Positions 1 through 9,862 of a stretch of 64,000 nt of DNA are shown here, one piece after another. The notes below the pieces were generated by a model. The model was given only the letters and a program-made list of their open reading frames with translations. It did no database searches and had not been told where the DNA came from. A program made the position numbers and the translations under genes. The DNA is from Thermoplasmatota archaeon (GTDB lineage Archaea; Thermoplasmatota; Penumbrarchaeia; Penumbrarchaeales; Penumbrarchaeaceae). Every line of letters starts with the position of its first letter. The stretch's first letter is position 1. The stretch is from positions 64,001-128,000 of the forward strand of contig JARVGK010000003.1 of assembly GCA_029762535.1 (NCBI GenBank), given 5' to 3'.

Positions 1-2
1 TG

Positions 3-878
3 CCGGTGGCCGCAAGGGAGGCATCTGTATACACAGGTATCACGATAGCGGAATACTTCAGGGACATGGGATACGATGTAGCTCTTATGGCGGACTCGAC
101 CTCTCGATGGGCCGAAGCTCTGAGGGAGATCTCGGGGCGGCTCGAGGAGATGCCGGGAGAAGAGGGTTATCCGGCATATCTAGCGAGTAGGCTGGCGAAT
201 TTCTACGAGAGAGCGGGGCTCGTTCAGACCATCGGATCCAAGCCAGAGGAAGGCTCGATCTCGGTCATAGGAGCGGTATCTCCGCCTGGAGGTGATTTCT
301 CCGAGCCCGTGACCCAGAACACGTTGAGAATAGTCAAGGTGTTCTGGGCTCTGGACGCGCTTCTGGCCGACAAGAGGCATTTCCCATCCATCAACTGGTT
401 GAAATCCTATTCCCTATACCTTGAGAAGGTGGAGACATGGTGGAAGGAGAATGTCGACTCCAATTGGCTTTCTATGCGCAACGAATCGATGGCCCTTTTG
501 CAGAAGGAGGCCGAGCTGCAGGAGATAATTCAGCTCGTCGGTCCCGACGCCCTGCCTCCCTCCCAGCAGGCGGTCCTGGAGGTTACCAGGATGCTGAGGG
601 AGGATTTCCTACAGCAGAACGCATTCCATGATGTGGATTCTTACTGCTCAGAGACAAAGCAGGTCTCGATGCTGGGGGCCATCCTTCTTTTTCACAGGCT
701 CTCCTCGCAGGCCGTTGATAGAGGGGCGACGATCGATATGGTCCGATCGTGCAGGTCCAGAGTTGCCATTTCCCGTCTTCCCAAGGTGGATGAGGCATCT
801 TTCCCGAAGGAGATCGAAACCCTGAAAAAGGATATGATACAGGAGTTCAAGGCCATGGGGGCTCATTCCCGGCAATGA
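3..878 (+). CDS. atpA: A/V-type ATP synthase subunit A, C-terminal part (5' truncated by window edge)
   Basis: [55 protein letters not shown] and [14 protein letters not shown] are hallmark subunit A motifs. Confidence 0.97.
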   Translation, partial: PVAAREASVYTGITIAEYFRDMGYDVALMADSTSRWAEALREISGRLEEMPGEEGYPAYLASRLANFYERAGLVQTIGSKPEEGSISVIGAVSPPGGDFSEPVTQNTLRIVKVFWALDALLADKRHFPSINWLKSYSLYLEKVETWWKENVDSNWLSMRNESMALLQKEAELQEIIQLVGPDALPPSQQAVLEVTRMLREDFLQQNAFHDVDSYCSETKQVSMLGAILLFHRLSSQAVDRGATIDMVRSCRSRVAISRLPKVDEASFPKEIETLKKDMIQEFKAMGAHSRQ

Positions 879-949
879 GACCAGGAGAGAAACGTATTTC
901 TATCTGTTCCATAGTTCCAATCGTGTCCGGCATCCGGAGGTAGGTCATT

Positions 950-1312
950 TTGCCCAAGGTGATGATAGTCGATGACGAACCCACCATCCAGCAGCTTCTG
1001 AGGATAATCATGGAGGACATGGGATACGAGGTCGTTGCCCAGTCGATGAACGGGGAGGCGGCCCTCAAGGCATATGACGGGATGGACCCAAAGCCGGATG
1101 TCCTGATCATAGATCACCGAATGCCGGTCATGACAGGATTGGACCTGGCGAAACGCGTTCTCGAGAAGGAGCCTGGTCAGAAGATCCTATTCCTCACAGC
1201 AGATGAGACCATCAAGGAACGCGTGAAGGAGATCGGCGTGACCTCCTTCCTCGAGAAGCCAGCTGAAATAGATGTCATAAGGACATCGGTCAGATCCCTC
1301 ATAGGCGAGTGA
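950..1312 (+). CDS. Stand-alone response regulator receiver (CheY-like)
   Basis: IVDDE, phospho-acceptor IIDHRMP, FLTA and FLEKP motifs; 120 aa; GGAGGT upstream of TTG start. Confidence 0.92.
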   Translation: MPKVMIVDDEPTIQQLLRIIMEDMGYEVVAQSMNGEAALKAYDGMDPKPDVLIIDHRMPVMTGLDLAKRVLEKEPGQKILFLTADETIKERVKEIGVTSFLEKPAEIDVIRTSVRSLIGE

Positions 1313-1314
1313 CC

Positions 1315-1668
1315 TCATTTCACTCTTATCTTCTGCACCTTCTTTCGAGGCCTGGCATCGTCCTTCTTCTCCATTCCCAGAGCTACGCTCTGTGGTATGG
1401 CGACGACGCGGGTAGAAGGGCCTTCGATGTCGGCCGAGAGCAAGCCCTTGAGAACATCCTGGATCCTCTGGGCGCAGGCCTTGGACATTATGAGCTGTGC
1501 ATTTGATATGTAGAACTCGCCCGCCGATGACTCGACCACCTCGTTGTAGACGTGCAATCTCACATCGTCCTCTGTAACGGACGCGATCCCACCTATGATG
1601 TAATGGCTCCTGTGGTCCGAAGTCCTGACGACGCGTATCTCATCCTTGGAACCTTTCTCATCCTTCAC
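1315..1668 (-). CDS. Hypothetical protein, possibly DUF3467-like
   Basis: 117-aa ORF abutting the upstream HTH gene; beta-rich core followed by MSKACAQRIQDVL helix. Confidence 0.6.
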   Translation of the reverse strand: MKDEKGSKDEIRVVRTSDHRSHYIIGGIASVTEDDVRLHVYNEVVESSAGEFYISNAQLIMSKACAQRIQDVLKGLLSADIEGPSTRVVAIPQSVALGMEKKDDARPRKKVQKIRVK

Positions 1669-2073
1669 CTAGCCCAACCTCCCGTGAACGAAACATCTGG
1701 GTAGATTCCCCCAGGAAACGATGACGATCTTGTTCGGAAGCTCTCTCGCCGGTTCTGGACCGCCCTCCCTCGACAACTCCTCTCCTATCGCTATAAGATG
1801 AAGACAACGAGGTGTAGGGATGTAGAAAGAATAGTCCCTTCTCCCCTCTTTACGGCAGACCACGTTCTCCACGAGACCCCTATCCCGCATCAGCCCAAGA
1901 TGATACGCACATAGCGAAGGAAGGGATCCGATATTCGATGAGAGCTCGCTGATGGAAGATCCGTTCTCACCGCTCTCAATGATGTATGAGATAATTTTCC
2001 GTCGTATGGGGTGTTCGATCCAATCGATATCTCTAAGGACATCCTTGCCCGACCTTAAATTTCTTGACATCAT
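1669..2073 (-). CDS. ArsR-like winged helix-turn-helix regulator
   Basis: HPIRRKIISYI...SISELSSNI...CAYHLGLMRDRGLVEN pattern; ATG start chosen at 2073. Confidence 0.8.
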   Translation of the reverse strand: MMSRNLRSGKDVLRDIDWIEHPIRRKIISYIIESGENGSSISELSSNIGSLPSLCAYHLGLMRDRGLVENVVCRKEGRRDYSFYIPTPRCLHLIAIGEELSREGGPEPARELPNKIVIVSWGNLPRCFVHGRLG

Positions 2074-2085
2074 ATTGGGCCCCAT

Positions 2086-2277
2086 TTTAAATTCAAATAA
2101 TGTTGTATATATTCAAAGCTATTTGAATATTGCTGTGAAAAAACATGGTCACCTCGACATTTTCGGCATTTTCGATATCAGCGAAGGGGTTTTTCCTCGT
2201 AAACTATATAAAGGATGTTCATGAGATATCTGGGAATAATCGAACAGTATCTGATTTGACGGAAAGGTGAATGACCT
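2086..2277. promoter_or_regulatory. AT-rich divergent promoter region between the HTH gene and the surface-protein genes
   Basis: Sharp AT enrichment, TATA-like TATATA elements near 2106 and 2205, and AGGTGA RBS before 2278. Confidence 0.55.
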
Positions 2278-5200
2278 ATGAACATCAAGATCGTATCCGC
2301 AGCCATGGTTTTGTTAATGATCGCAACCTCCGGGATCGTCCTCTTCGGAGCGCAGGAGGCAGAAGGGGTTCCCCCGACGAGGGCCATACCAAGGACCTTC
2401 ACCGGGTTCATAGATAACTATACCTTGGCCAACAGAGGAGATTTCGTTGCGAACATAACGGCAGAGACAGTGGACCCCTCGGTCCAGCCGCCTCTACAGA
2501 TAGGTCCGTTCTTTGGCATGTTCAATGAGACGCATCCCGCGCTCGAATTCAGGATCTCGGTGGATATCCAGTCCGTTCCTGCCGGGTCCCCTTGGACGAT
2601 CAGGATAAACGACAGGTATGGCTGGAACGAGACCGGTGGAGGCTCGATATCGGTCACCCCCTATCCGGAATTCTACTGGCAGAACGGCAGCGCGAAGACC
2701 GTATACGTTCTGGAGAACGGTTCCTCGGACCAGCCAGCTTACCTGCCGGGGGTTTTCGGCAACCTGTCCTTCACGATCTTGAACGGTTCTTCCGGAGAAC
2801 CTCTAGAGGGAGTCGCTTTCGATTTCGACAAACACAAGGGGCACTCGACCTCGACCTCCGGCAACTATACGGACCTCTCAGGCAACGTCACGTTCCGGAA
2901 CATGCAGCTCGGCATCGACCAGGACAACAATGTGAAGGTGACCTTCATCAAGGAGCATTTCAACACGGTCGATCAGACCGGATATTCCTTCTTCGAGTTG
3001 AGGGAGGGCGTTGACACCCATCACTTCTTCACCTTGATCGAGGATCCGCTGGTCAGGTCCGTCGCTCCAGCCGACGGAACGATGAACGTGAGGACGGAGA
3101 AGGACATCGTGAACATCTTCGTGAGGTTCACCGATCTCATCAACGTATCGACGATAAACCAGAACACGATATGGCTCGAGAACGGTTCTGGGGCCAAGGT
3201 TCCAGTGAGCTACACGTTCAACAACGACACATTGCCCTCCACATGGGCATATCTACAACCCATCGAGGACCTGGAATACGATACCGACCACAAGCTCGTG
3301 GTCGATACGGGAGTCAAGACCACGGTCGGAACGAGCTCCCTTTGGCGCAGGTACGAATCGAGTTTCCGGACCTGGAAGGCCCCTGGCATACTCAGGGGAA
3401 CGGTCTTGGTCGAGGGAACGTCCAACCCCGCTCCGGAAGGAACGAGGATCTGGCTTGATGGGGTTCTTCCGAGGGATCTCGTGGACGGGGAGTTCGTTTT
3501 CGATCCAGTCTCCGAGGGCGTCCATACGTTGAAGACCGTTGGACCTACCGTTGGGGGAATAGACGAATACCTCTATACAGGTATGGAGACTGACCCGATA
3601 ACGGTGGTCAGGGGCGACGATATTGACGTCCAGGACCTGACCGTCACGAAAAGGCCCACCGTCAGCGTCATTATCACGGTGACCGACAGGTCCGGCATAC
3701 CCTTGGAGGGGGCGACGGTCACCCACGTGATCACCGATGCTCAGAGCATCTCCGATCCCAATGGAAGGGCCGTTCTCTCCGACATCAGGGCATCCTATAC
3801 TCAGCAGTTCTGGGTGAGGGCCGAGAACTATCAGGACAGCATTGTACCTCTGGATGTTGGTGATTCGGATCCGGCCCAGTTCACTGTGGCCCTTTCCGAG
3901 AGCCCGCTTCCATTGACGATAACCGCAAGGAACGGAGTGGAAGTGACACTCGACGAGGGGGCCGTTGTCGCTGTAAATTCCTATTTCGTTCTTACTTTCG
4001 AGGATCTCATGAACCCCGATACGATGACGACCGCGAACATAAAGGTCTTTGACAGCACGAACGATCCCCTCTCCCTCAGGATAGTTAACGACACGAACAA
4101 TATGAAGAGATGGTACATAACTCCAGTATCGAACATGATGTGGGGATCCGATTACAGGCTTTGGATAAGCAGCCTCGTCGCGGACTCCTTGGGGGACAAT
4201 CCTCTTTGGCGCGATGTGGAGATCGCCTTCAAGACACATCCATTGAACCCCGCCAGCGTCTCAGGAAGGGTCGCGATAAACGACAAGGGGTTGGAGGGAT
4301 TCGACGTTGTACTGAAGAATGGCGAGGATACCTTGGGTAGTGCGGTGACCGGCCCCAATGGCGCATTCTTCCTCTACATACCCATGAGCGTCGAGACCCT
4401 AACTGGCGTCGATGCGCTTGTGAACGGTTCGGAATACGGTCTGCTCGAGGGCAGGAGGACCGGTCTGACCTTGAACGCGGACGAGGCGCTGGACGATGTG
4501 GTCATAAACATGGTCAGAAGGCCTAATTGGTTCCGTGTAACATATCAGGTGGACGACACGGGCAGGATGCTGAGGAACGGGAACATCACAATCTCCTTCG
4601 ACAGGGAATTGGACCATACATCCGAGGGTTTCCAGAACAATTTCACGCTCGGCAGCATGCGGATATCCGTCACGCCTTCCGCTGACGGTACCGGTGTAGT
4701 GATCATCCCCGAAGAGCCTCTGGAGTATGACACGGAGTATGCACTGACGATCTCGGTCTTCAGCGATGTGGATTATCACAAGGAGCTTAGGTTCGCGGAT
4801 GGGAAACCCGCTTTGATAAGGGGCGATACCGTGACCCTGAGGACCGAACTGCGTCCTTTGACAGTGACCCTCCAGTCACCATCCGGCGACCTGCTGAACG
4901 CCGTTGCCAAGGACGAGCGGTTCGTTGTGAGGTTCTCCACTGCGGTCGTAAGTGAGGTCGTGGAGGAGGAGATATCGATGGTCAGGTTCGTCGACGATCG
5001 GCCCGTGGGCAACATCGCTTTCGAGTGGAGGGACGACTTCCGAGCTCTGGATATAACCCACGAGAACTTCATGCCCGAGACAAGGTACGTCATAAGGCTC
5101 GGTTCCGGATCATACGGTCAGAACGGCGCCAAATTGATGGAGGACTTCGAGGTATTCTTCAGGTCCGATTCCTGGACCGATCCTGCCCTCAGACCTCTCC

Positions 5201-5862
5201 CGAGCCTGCCTGAAGGATCGATGTTCGCATCTCCTATAGTGGTTTCCTTGAGCAATTCCAAAGGATATCCCATCAACGTTTGGATAGGATACAGGATCAA
5301 GGATACGACACTCGCCCCGACCGAGCTTGTGAACGAGACCCTCGCGGCCCTTGAATCGAACCGTCAGGTCACTCTCGATCTTTCCGAGGTGCCCGTTGGC
5401 GTTTACGAGATCAGGGTCATCGTAAGGGACGCCACGGAGGGTTCCGTCCTCAATGAATACCCATTGTACCTCACTATAGAGGAGAGGACCCCGGACACGA
5501 CCAGATCATGGATCATCATAGTCGTGGTGGTCCTTCTCCTGATCGTCATAATAGGCGTTGGGGCCTTCCTCTATCTTCAGTCCCGAAAGGGAAAGGAGGA
5601 AATGGCCGTCCGCGAGGAGTTCGAATGTCCAGAGTGCCACAACACCGTTGGCGCGGATGATACGGTGTGCCCCAACTGCGGTGCCGAGTTCGAGGAGGAG
5701 GCCTACAAGTGCCCGAAGTGCGGCAACATGCTGGACCCCGAGGACGATGAGTGCTCCGAATGTGGTTACGATTTCGCCGATGAGGACAAGATGGAGATCG
5801 ACGAGGACGATTATGAGATCGATGAGGGCGAGGTCGAAGAGCTCATCGACATGGAGGAGTGA
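2278..5862 (+). CDS. Large surface protein: signal peptide, repeated Ig-like (Big_5-type) and carboxypeptidase-regulatory-like domains, TM anchor, cytoplasmic double zinc ribbon and acidic tail
   Basis: Hydrophobic N-terminus; repeats ending LWR...F.T; TM WIIIVVVVLLLIVIIGVGAFLYL; CPEC..CPNC..CPKC..CSEC. Confidence 0.85.
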   Translation: MNIKIVSAAMVLLMIATSGIVLFGAQEAEGVPPTRAIPRTFTGFIDNYTLANRGDFVANITAETVDPSVQPPLQIGPFFGMFNETHPALEFRISVDIQSVPAGSPWTIRINDRYGWNETGGGSISVTPYPEFYWQNGSAKTVYVLENGSSDQPAYLPGVFGNLSFTILNGSSGEPLEGVAFDFDKHKGHSTSTSGNYTDLSGNVTFRNMQLGIDQDNNVKVTFIKEHFNTVDQTGYSFFELREGVDTHHFFTLIEDPLVRSVAPADGTMNVRTEKDIVNIFVRFTDLINVSTINQNTIWLENGSGAKVPVSYTFNNDTLPSTWAYLQPIEDLEYDTDHKLVVDTGVKTTVGTSSLWRRYESSFRTWKAPGILRGTVLVEGTSNPAPEGTRIWLDGVLPRDLVDGEFVFDPVSEGVHTLKTVGPTVGGIDEYLYTGMETDPITVVRGDDIDVQDLTVTKRPTVSVIITVTDRSGIPLEGATVTHVITDAQSISDPNGRAVLSDIRASYTQQFWVRAENYQDSIVPLDVGDSDPAQFTVALSESPLPLTITARNGVEVTLDEGAVVAVNSYFVLTFEDLMNPDTMTTANIKVFDSTNDPLSLRIVNDTNNMKRWYITPVSNMMWGSDYRLWISSLVADSLGDNPLWRDVEIAFKTHPLNPASVSGRVAINDKGLEGFDVVLKNGEDTLGSAVTGPNGAFFLYIPMSVETLTGVDALVNGSEYGLLEGRRTGLTLNADEALDDVVINMVRRPNWFRVTYQVDDTGRMLRNGNITISFDRELDHTSEGFQNNFTLGSMRISVTPSADGTGVVIIPEEPLEYDTEYALTISVFSDVDYHKELRFADGKPALIRGDTVTLRTELRPLTVTLQSPSGDLLNAVAKDERFVVRFSTAVVSEVVEEEISMVRFVDDRPVGNIAFEWRDDFRALDITHENFMPETRYVIRLGSGSYGQNGAKLMEDFEVFFRSDSWTDPALRPLPSLPEGSMFASPIVVSLSNSKGYPINVWIGYRIKDTTLAPTELVNETLAALESNRQVTLDLSEVPVGVYEIRVIVRDATEGSVLNEYPLYLTIEERTPDTTRSWIIIVVVVLLLIVIIGVGAFLYLQSRKGKEEMAVREEFECPECHNTVGADDTVCPNCGAEFEEEAYKCPKCGNMLDPEDDECSECGYDFADEDKMEIDEDDYEIDEGEVEELIDMEE

Positions 5863-5932
5863 TCCCGCCCTAATCGAGCCAAGGACCCGAATGTGAAGTA
5901 TATCGGATACACGTATTAAGAGGTGGTTCAGG

Positions 5933-8900
5933 ATGCAGTCGAAGAACATCGTTACGATGTTACTGGTGATCTTGTTGATAGCCATGGCACAGCCCGCGAC
6001 CGGTGATCGGTCGGAGGGCGATCCAACGCGCGGAACGCTGGACGCCTATGTCGCCGGGACGGTCCTCAATGCAACGGGGGGCCATCCCGTCAGCGTCTCC
6101 TCAAGGGAGCTGAGCAGCAACATGTTCATATACTTCAACGGAACGACCGATAACCTGGGAAGGTTCAATATCACCGTGGACTCGGACCCGGTGGACCTCT
6201 TGCCCTACACCGTGTCGATCGCTGAGGTCTATTTTCAGGTCCCATCATTGGGGACGTACAACTTCGACACCACGATCGGATCGGGCCAGACGCAGCATGT
6301 GCCAGAGGGTATGCTTGAGCTTGTGGATGCCGCCCTGGGGGACCTGAAGATCACCATACTCAACGGTTCCTCGATGCGGCCGCTGCCGCACCCCCTTCTC
6401 AACATAAGGGCGGATTCGGTCCCGGATCCTCCATTCCCGACCGCTAAGATGGGTGACGCACAGGGTACGGCCGTTTACCTGGGGATCAGGGCGGTCACGA
6501 CGAAGGTGATTGCAAGCAAATCGAACTTCCTCACCTTGGAGGATTCCACTTCCGACGATATCGTTGAAGTGCTTCCCGGGGTTCAGACCGATGTGACCTT
6601 CGTGCTCGATGAGAGGCCATGGCCTTTCACAACGGACCCTGCGGACGGTTCCGAGGACGTTAACCATACCCAGCGCATGACCGTTTACTACGGACAGGAG
6701 ATGGACCCTCTGACCATCGCCGACGCTTCCAACTTCATGGTCTACCCTGCCGAAGGAGGGGATGCCCTCGAGCTGCAGGTGGAATCCGCGGGAGGCAACA
6801 CCCAGACCAGGATCACAACGATCGCTCCCATGGAATACAACACCTCATGCATTCTACGGATAGACAACACCGTGAGGACCAAGCTGGGTGCGAAGCCTCT
6901 CTGGAGGGCGATGGAGGTCAGTTTCACAACGGAGCTCGCGCCGGCCGTGGTCAGCGGGAGGTTAGTGGACTCATCGAGCGGATCCCCTGTCCCTGGGGTA
7001 TCACTTCGGTTGAAGGATATGCGGGCCAGATCGAATGGGTCCGGCCATTTCATCTTCCCTCTGGTCGTTCCTGAAGTTTACACCCTTGAGGTGGAACCAA
7101 GCTACCTGTTCCTCGGGACAAGCATCACTTCACTAGATATAGTGAAAGGGGAGATCAGGGACCTCGGGGATGTGGAGATCGATCCAAGGCCGAACGGGTC
7201 CCTCGAGGTCCAGGTCCTATCAGGCCCCTTCCCGCTGCCGGGAGCCTGGGTCCATATCGAAGGGTCCGATCTCAACCTGACGACCTCTGACGACGGCATA
7301 GCCTACTTCGAGAGGACCAGAACGGGACTTGTGACCTTGATGGTCGGGGCGGAGCATCATGCGATGGTCGTCGAACAGGCCACCGTGTCGGAAGGGCTAC
7401 GCTCACATCTATCAGTGGCCCTGGTCGAGGATCAAATGCTCGTAAGCGTCGTACCGACCTTGCCCCTCGGCGGTGGCATCGTTGAACCGGGGACGAAGTT
7501 CGTCCTGATAATGCCTGAACCTATAGATTTCTCCACCCTTTCCGTTTCCCTGTGGGAGACCGACAATGAACTGAACAGGGTTCTTCAGATGCCCACACTC
7601 CCGGTCAGCGCAGGGGAGGCTATCAATACATACATGGTGTCCCCCACCTCCGCCCTCCCGATGGAGAGGAGCTATGTCCTCCTGATCGATATGGGTCTTG
7701 CGTCCTCCGGTTCGGGGGATCCTCTTCTGTGGAGGGACCTATCATATTATTTCAGCACGCCTGATTACCCTCTATCCTACGTTTCCGGTAAAATACTGCT
7801 CGACGACAGCCCCTTTGCAGGGCTCGAGGTGAACTTCGGAACCTTCGTTTCTCAGACCGGGGACGACGGGGAATTCAACATCACGGTCGACCTCTCCGGT
7901 CCCACGCTGGATGGGATACTATCCTTCAACGGCTCCGCATGGGGATACGAGAGCCTGAGCCAGTCCATCAGTATTACCCCTGGGGTCGTCGTTGATGCCG
8001 GGACGATCCATCTGGCGATGCTGCCCGGAAGATGCACGATCGATCCGGAGGATGGGTCTAATAATGTAGAACCGGACATTGCCGTATCCTTCACCTTCTC
8101 CGAACCTGTCATCGTACCGGAGGAGGGACTCTCTGCAAGGCTCTTTCTGTCCAGGAATGGATCTACTACCCCCATTCCGGGGTCATATGAGGCTTCGAAC
8201 GGGAACAGGACCATAACGTTCTCCCCAACGTTCCAATTGGAAGAAAGTATGGTTTACGTCGCGACCGTACGGAACGCGCTCATGCTTGGGACGGGATACC
8301 CGGCCTGTCCTGTGGGACACACCTCCCGTTTCACTGTCAGGATGCCGATGGTGCGCATCTCGCTCCTGTCCCCGGATACGTCCATCCTCGAAGAATTGCC
8401 CCTCGACGAACCCATTGTCCTGTCCTTCTCGATGCCGGTGAACCGGACAATGGTAGAGTCATCGTTGGTGATCGATCCGGACCCGCTACTGTTACGATAC
8501 CTATGGAGGACATCCACGGAACTGGAGATCGTCCTCTTCATGACCCCTCTGTCGGAATACACCCTTACCCTGCCCAGATCTGACTTGGGTATGGATGGTC
8601 AGATGGGCATGGAGGAACTTTCGATACAGTTCACGGCGGGAAGATCCTATGCTCGCAGCCACGAGGAGAGGTCCTTCTCGATACTCCCGGACACCATACC
8701 GGAGGTCAAGCCGGGTCAGGAGATTCGCTTGAACGGCCTGATCGACGGCTCTAAGGGATATGATGTCGTCGTGAAGCTGACCGGGAACGGAATGGAACAG
8801 GAACACGTCGCACAGGTGGGAGAGGACGGGTCCTGGGACATAGCCTTCAAGGCTCCGAATGCGTCAGGCACCTACACGATCTCTCTGACCATAGGGGTGC

Positions 8901-9133
8901 CAGGGGCACCATCATGTATAGAACCCAGGTCCTATACTATAGAGGTCGGATCAGAGAAGGAGGTGGATGAGCCCTACGACATCCAGGGTTTGATGGTACC
9001 GGTCCTGGTCGGTTTATTCATACTGATCATCGTTCTTGTGGCGATCGCCGTGTTCTTTGTTCAAAGGAAGAGAGCCAGAGAGACCCTCGAGAACATAGAT
9101 TACGACTCCGTCGATATCGACATGGAGGAATGA
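5933..9133 (+). CDS. Paralogous Ig-like (Big_5) domain surface protein with C-terminal TM anchor
   Basis: Signal peptide; P.DGS..V and PLWR motifs and TILNGSS shared with the upstream protein; C-terminal TM. Confidence 0.85.
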   Translation: MQSKNIVTMLLVILLIAMAQPATGDRSEGDPTRGTLDAYVAGTVLNATGGHPVSVSSRELSSNMFIYFNGTTDNLGRFNITVDSDPVDLLPYTVSIAEVYFQVPSLGTYNFDTTIGSGQTQHVPEGMLELVDAALGDLKITILNGSSMRPLPHPLLNIRADSVPDPPFPTAKMGDAQGTAVYLGIRAVTTKVIASKSNFLTLEDSTSDDIVEVLPGVQTDVTFVLDERPWPFTTDPADGSEDVNHTQRMTVYYGQEMDPLTIADASNFMVYPAEGGDALELQVESAGGNTQTRITTIAPMEYNTSCILRIDNTVRTKLGAKPLWRAMEVSFTTELAPAVVSGRLVDSSSGSPVPGVSLRLKDMRARSNGSGHFIFPLVVPEVYTLEVEPSYLFLGTSITSLDIVKGEIRDLGDVEIDPRPNGSLEVQVLSGPFPLPGAWVHIEGSDLNLTTSDDGIAYFERTRTGLVTLMVGAEHHAMVVEQATVSEGLRSHLSVALVEDQMLVSVVPTLPLGGGIVEPGTKFVLIMPEPIDFSTLSVSLWETDNELNRVLQMPTLPVSAGEAINTYMVSPTSALPMERSYVLLIDMGLASSGSGDPLLWRDLSYYFSTPDYPLSYVSGKILLDDSPFAGLEVNFGTFVSQTGDDGEFNITVDLSGPTLDGILSFNGSAWGYESLSQSISITPGVVVDAGTIHLAMLPGRCTIDPEDGSNNVEPDIAVSFTFSEPVIVPEEGLSARLFLSRNGSTTPIPGSYEASNGNRTITFSPTFQLEESMVYVATVRNALMLGTGYPACPVGHTSRFTVRMPMVRISLLSPDTSILEELPLDEPIVLSFSMPVNRTMVESSLVIDPDPLLLRYLWRTSTELEIVLFMTPLSEYTLTLPRSDLGMDGQMGMEELSIQFTAGRSYARSHEERSFSILPDTIPEVKPGQEIRLNGLIDGSKGYDVVVKLTGNGMEQEHVAQVGEDGSWDIAFKAPNASGTYTISLTIGVPGAPSCIEPRSYTIEVGSEKEVDEPYDIQGLMVPVLVGLFILIIVLVAIAVFFVQRKRARETLENIDYDSVDIDMEE

Positions 9134-9214
9134 GCCTCCGACCAAAGTTTATAATCCGATTACGGCATAACCCGAATATTCGAAACAGCGGTCTTTGGGC
9201 CAGCCGGTGGACTG

Positions 9215-9847
9215 ATGAAAGGTTATGACAGATATGTCGTCATCTCAGGAACGGTATTCCTTTTCATGATAGTCATCACTTCGTTGATGTTCGGGGCGAA
9301 CGTCGGGGGCGATGGAGGCGATAGACCCGTTGAAAAGGGCTATCTCGAACCATTGGAGCTGAAGAAGGAGACCATCAGTAACGTAGGCCAGCTTGACGAG
9401 GGCATCGAGGACCTCATCACGATAGCCCAGACCGGCAAGGCCATAAGGAACGTTTCGGCCGTCCTCACATGGGTGGACGAATCGGACAGGCCCGGGATGC
9501 CAAGGCTTCGCCGCTACGAGAACCAGCCGGACACCTTCGAGTTGAGAACACAGCCTCCAGTGGGCAACGGAAGCAGCCAGACAGCTCAGAACCCCGTCAA
9601 CTCGGAGGGCAGGATAGAGCTCTCCCATTCGCATACTCTGGACGAGCTCTACACGATGATCGATGAGGCGAGATCGTCGCAGAACTCGACCCTACCCGAC
9701 TGGGAACTGGCCGTCAAGCTCGTGAGTGCCGGAAATTGGGTTCCGGTACTCCCTCCCAAGTTCATAGGTTACATCGACGATTCGAACTCCTACATACTCG
9801 AGGTCACGATCGAGTATTATGATATTTCTGGTCTTATGGAGGGATGA
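9215..9847 (+). CDS. Membrane-anchored hypothetical protein
   Basis: 210-aa ORF with N-terminal TM, 15 bp upstream of the OPT gene. Confidence 0.7.
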   Translation: MKGYDRYVVISGTVFLFMIVITSLMFGANVGGDGGDRPVEKGYLEPLELKKETISNVGQLDEGIEDLITIAQTGKAIRNVSAVLTWVDESDRPGMPRLRRYENQPDTFELRTQPPVGNGSSQTAQNPVNSEGRIELSHSHTLDELYTMIDEARSSQNSTLPDWELAVKLVSAGNWVPVLPPKFIGYIDDSNSYILEVTIEYYDISGLMEG

Positions 9848-9862
9848 GGGGGTTATTTTCCG

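Noticed and set aside
3253-4239. Long antisense and alternate-frame ORFs (e.g. 3253-4239, 14649-15449, 39930-40808, 56430-57251)
   Set aside because: They are shadows of well-supported genes in GC-rich DNA and have no recognisable motifs
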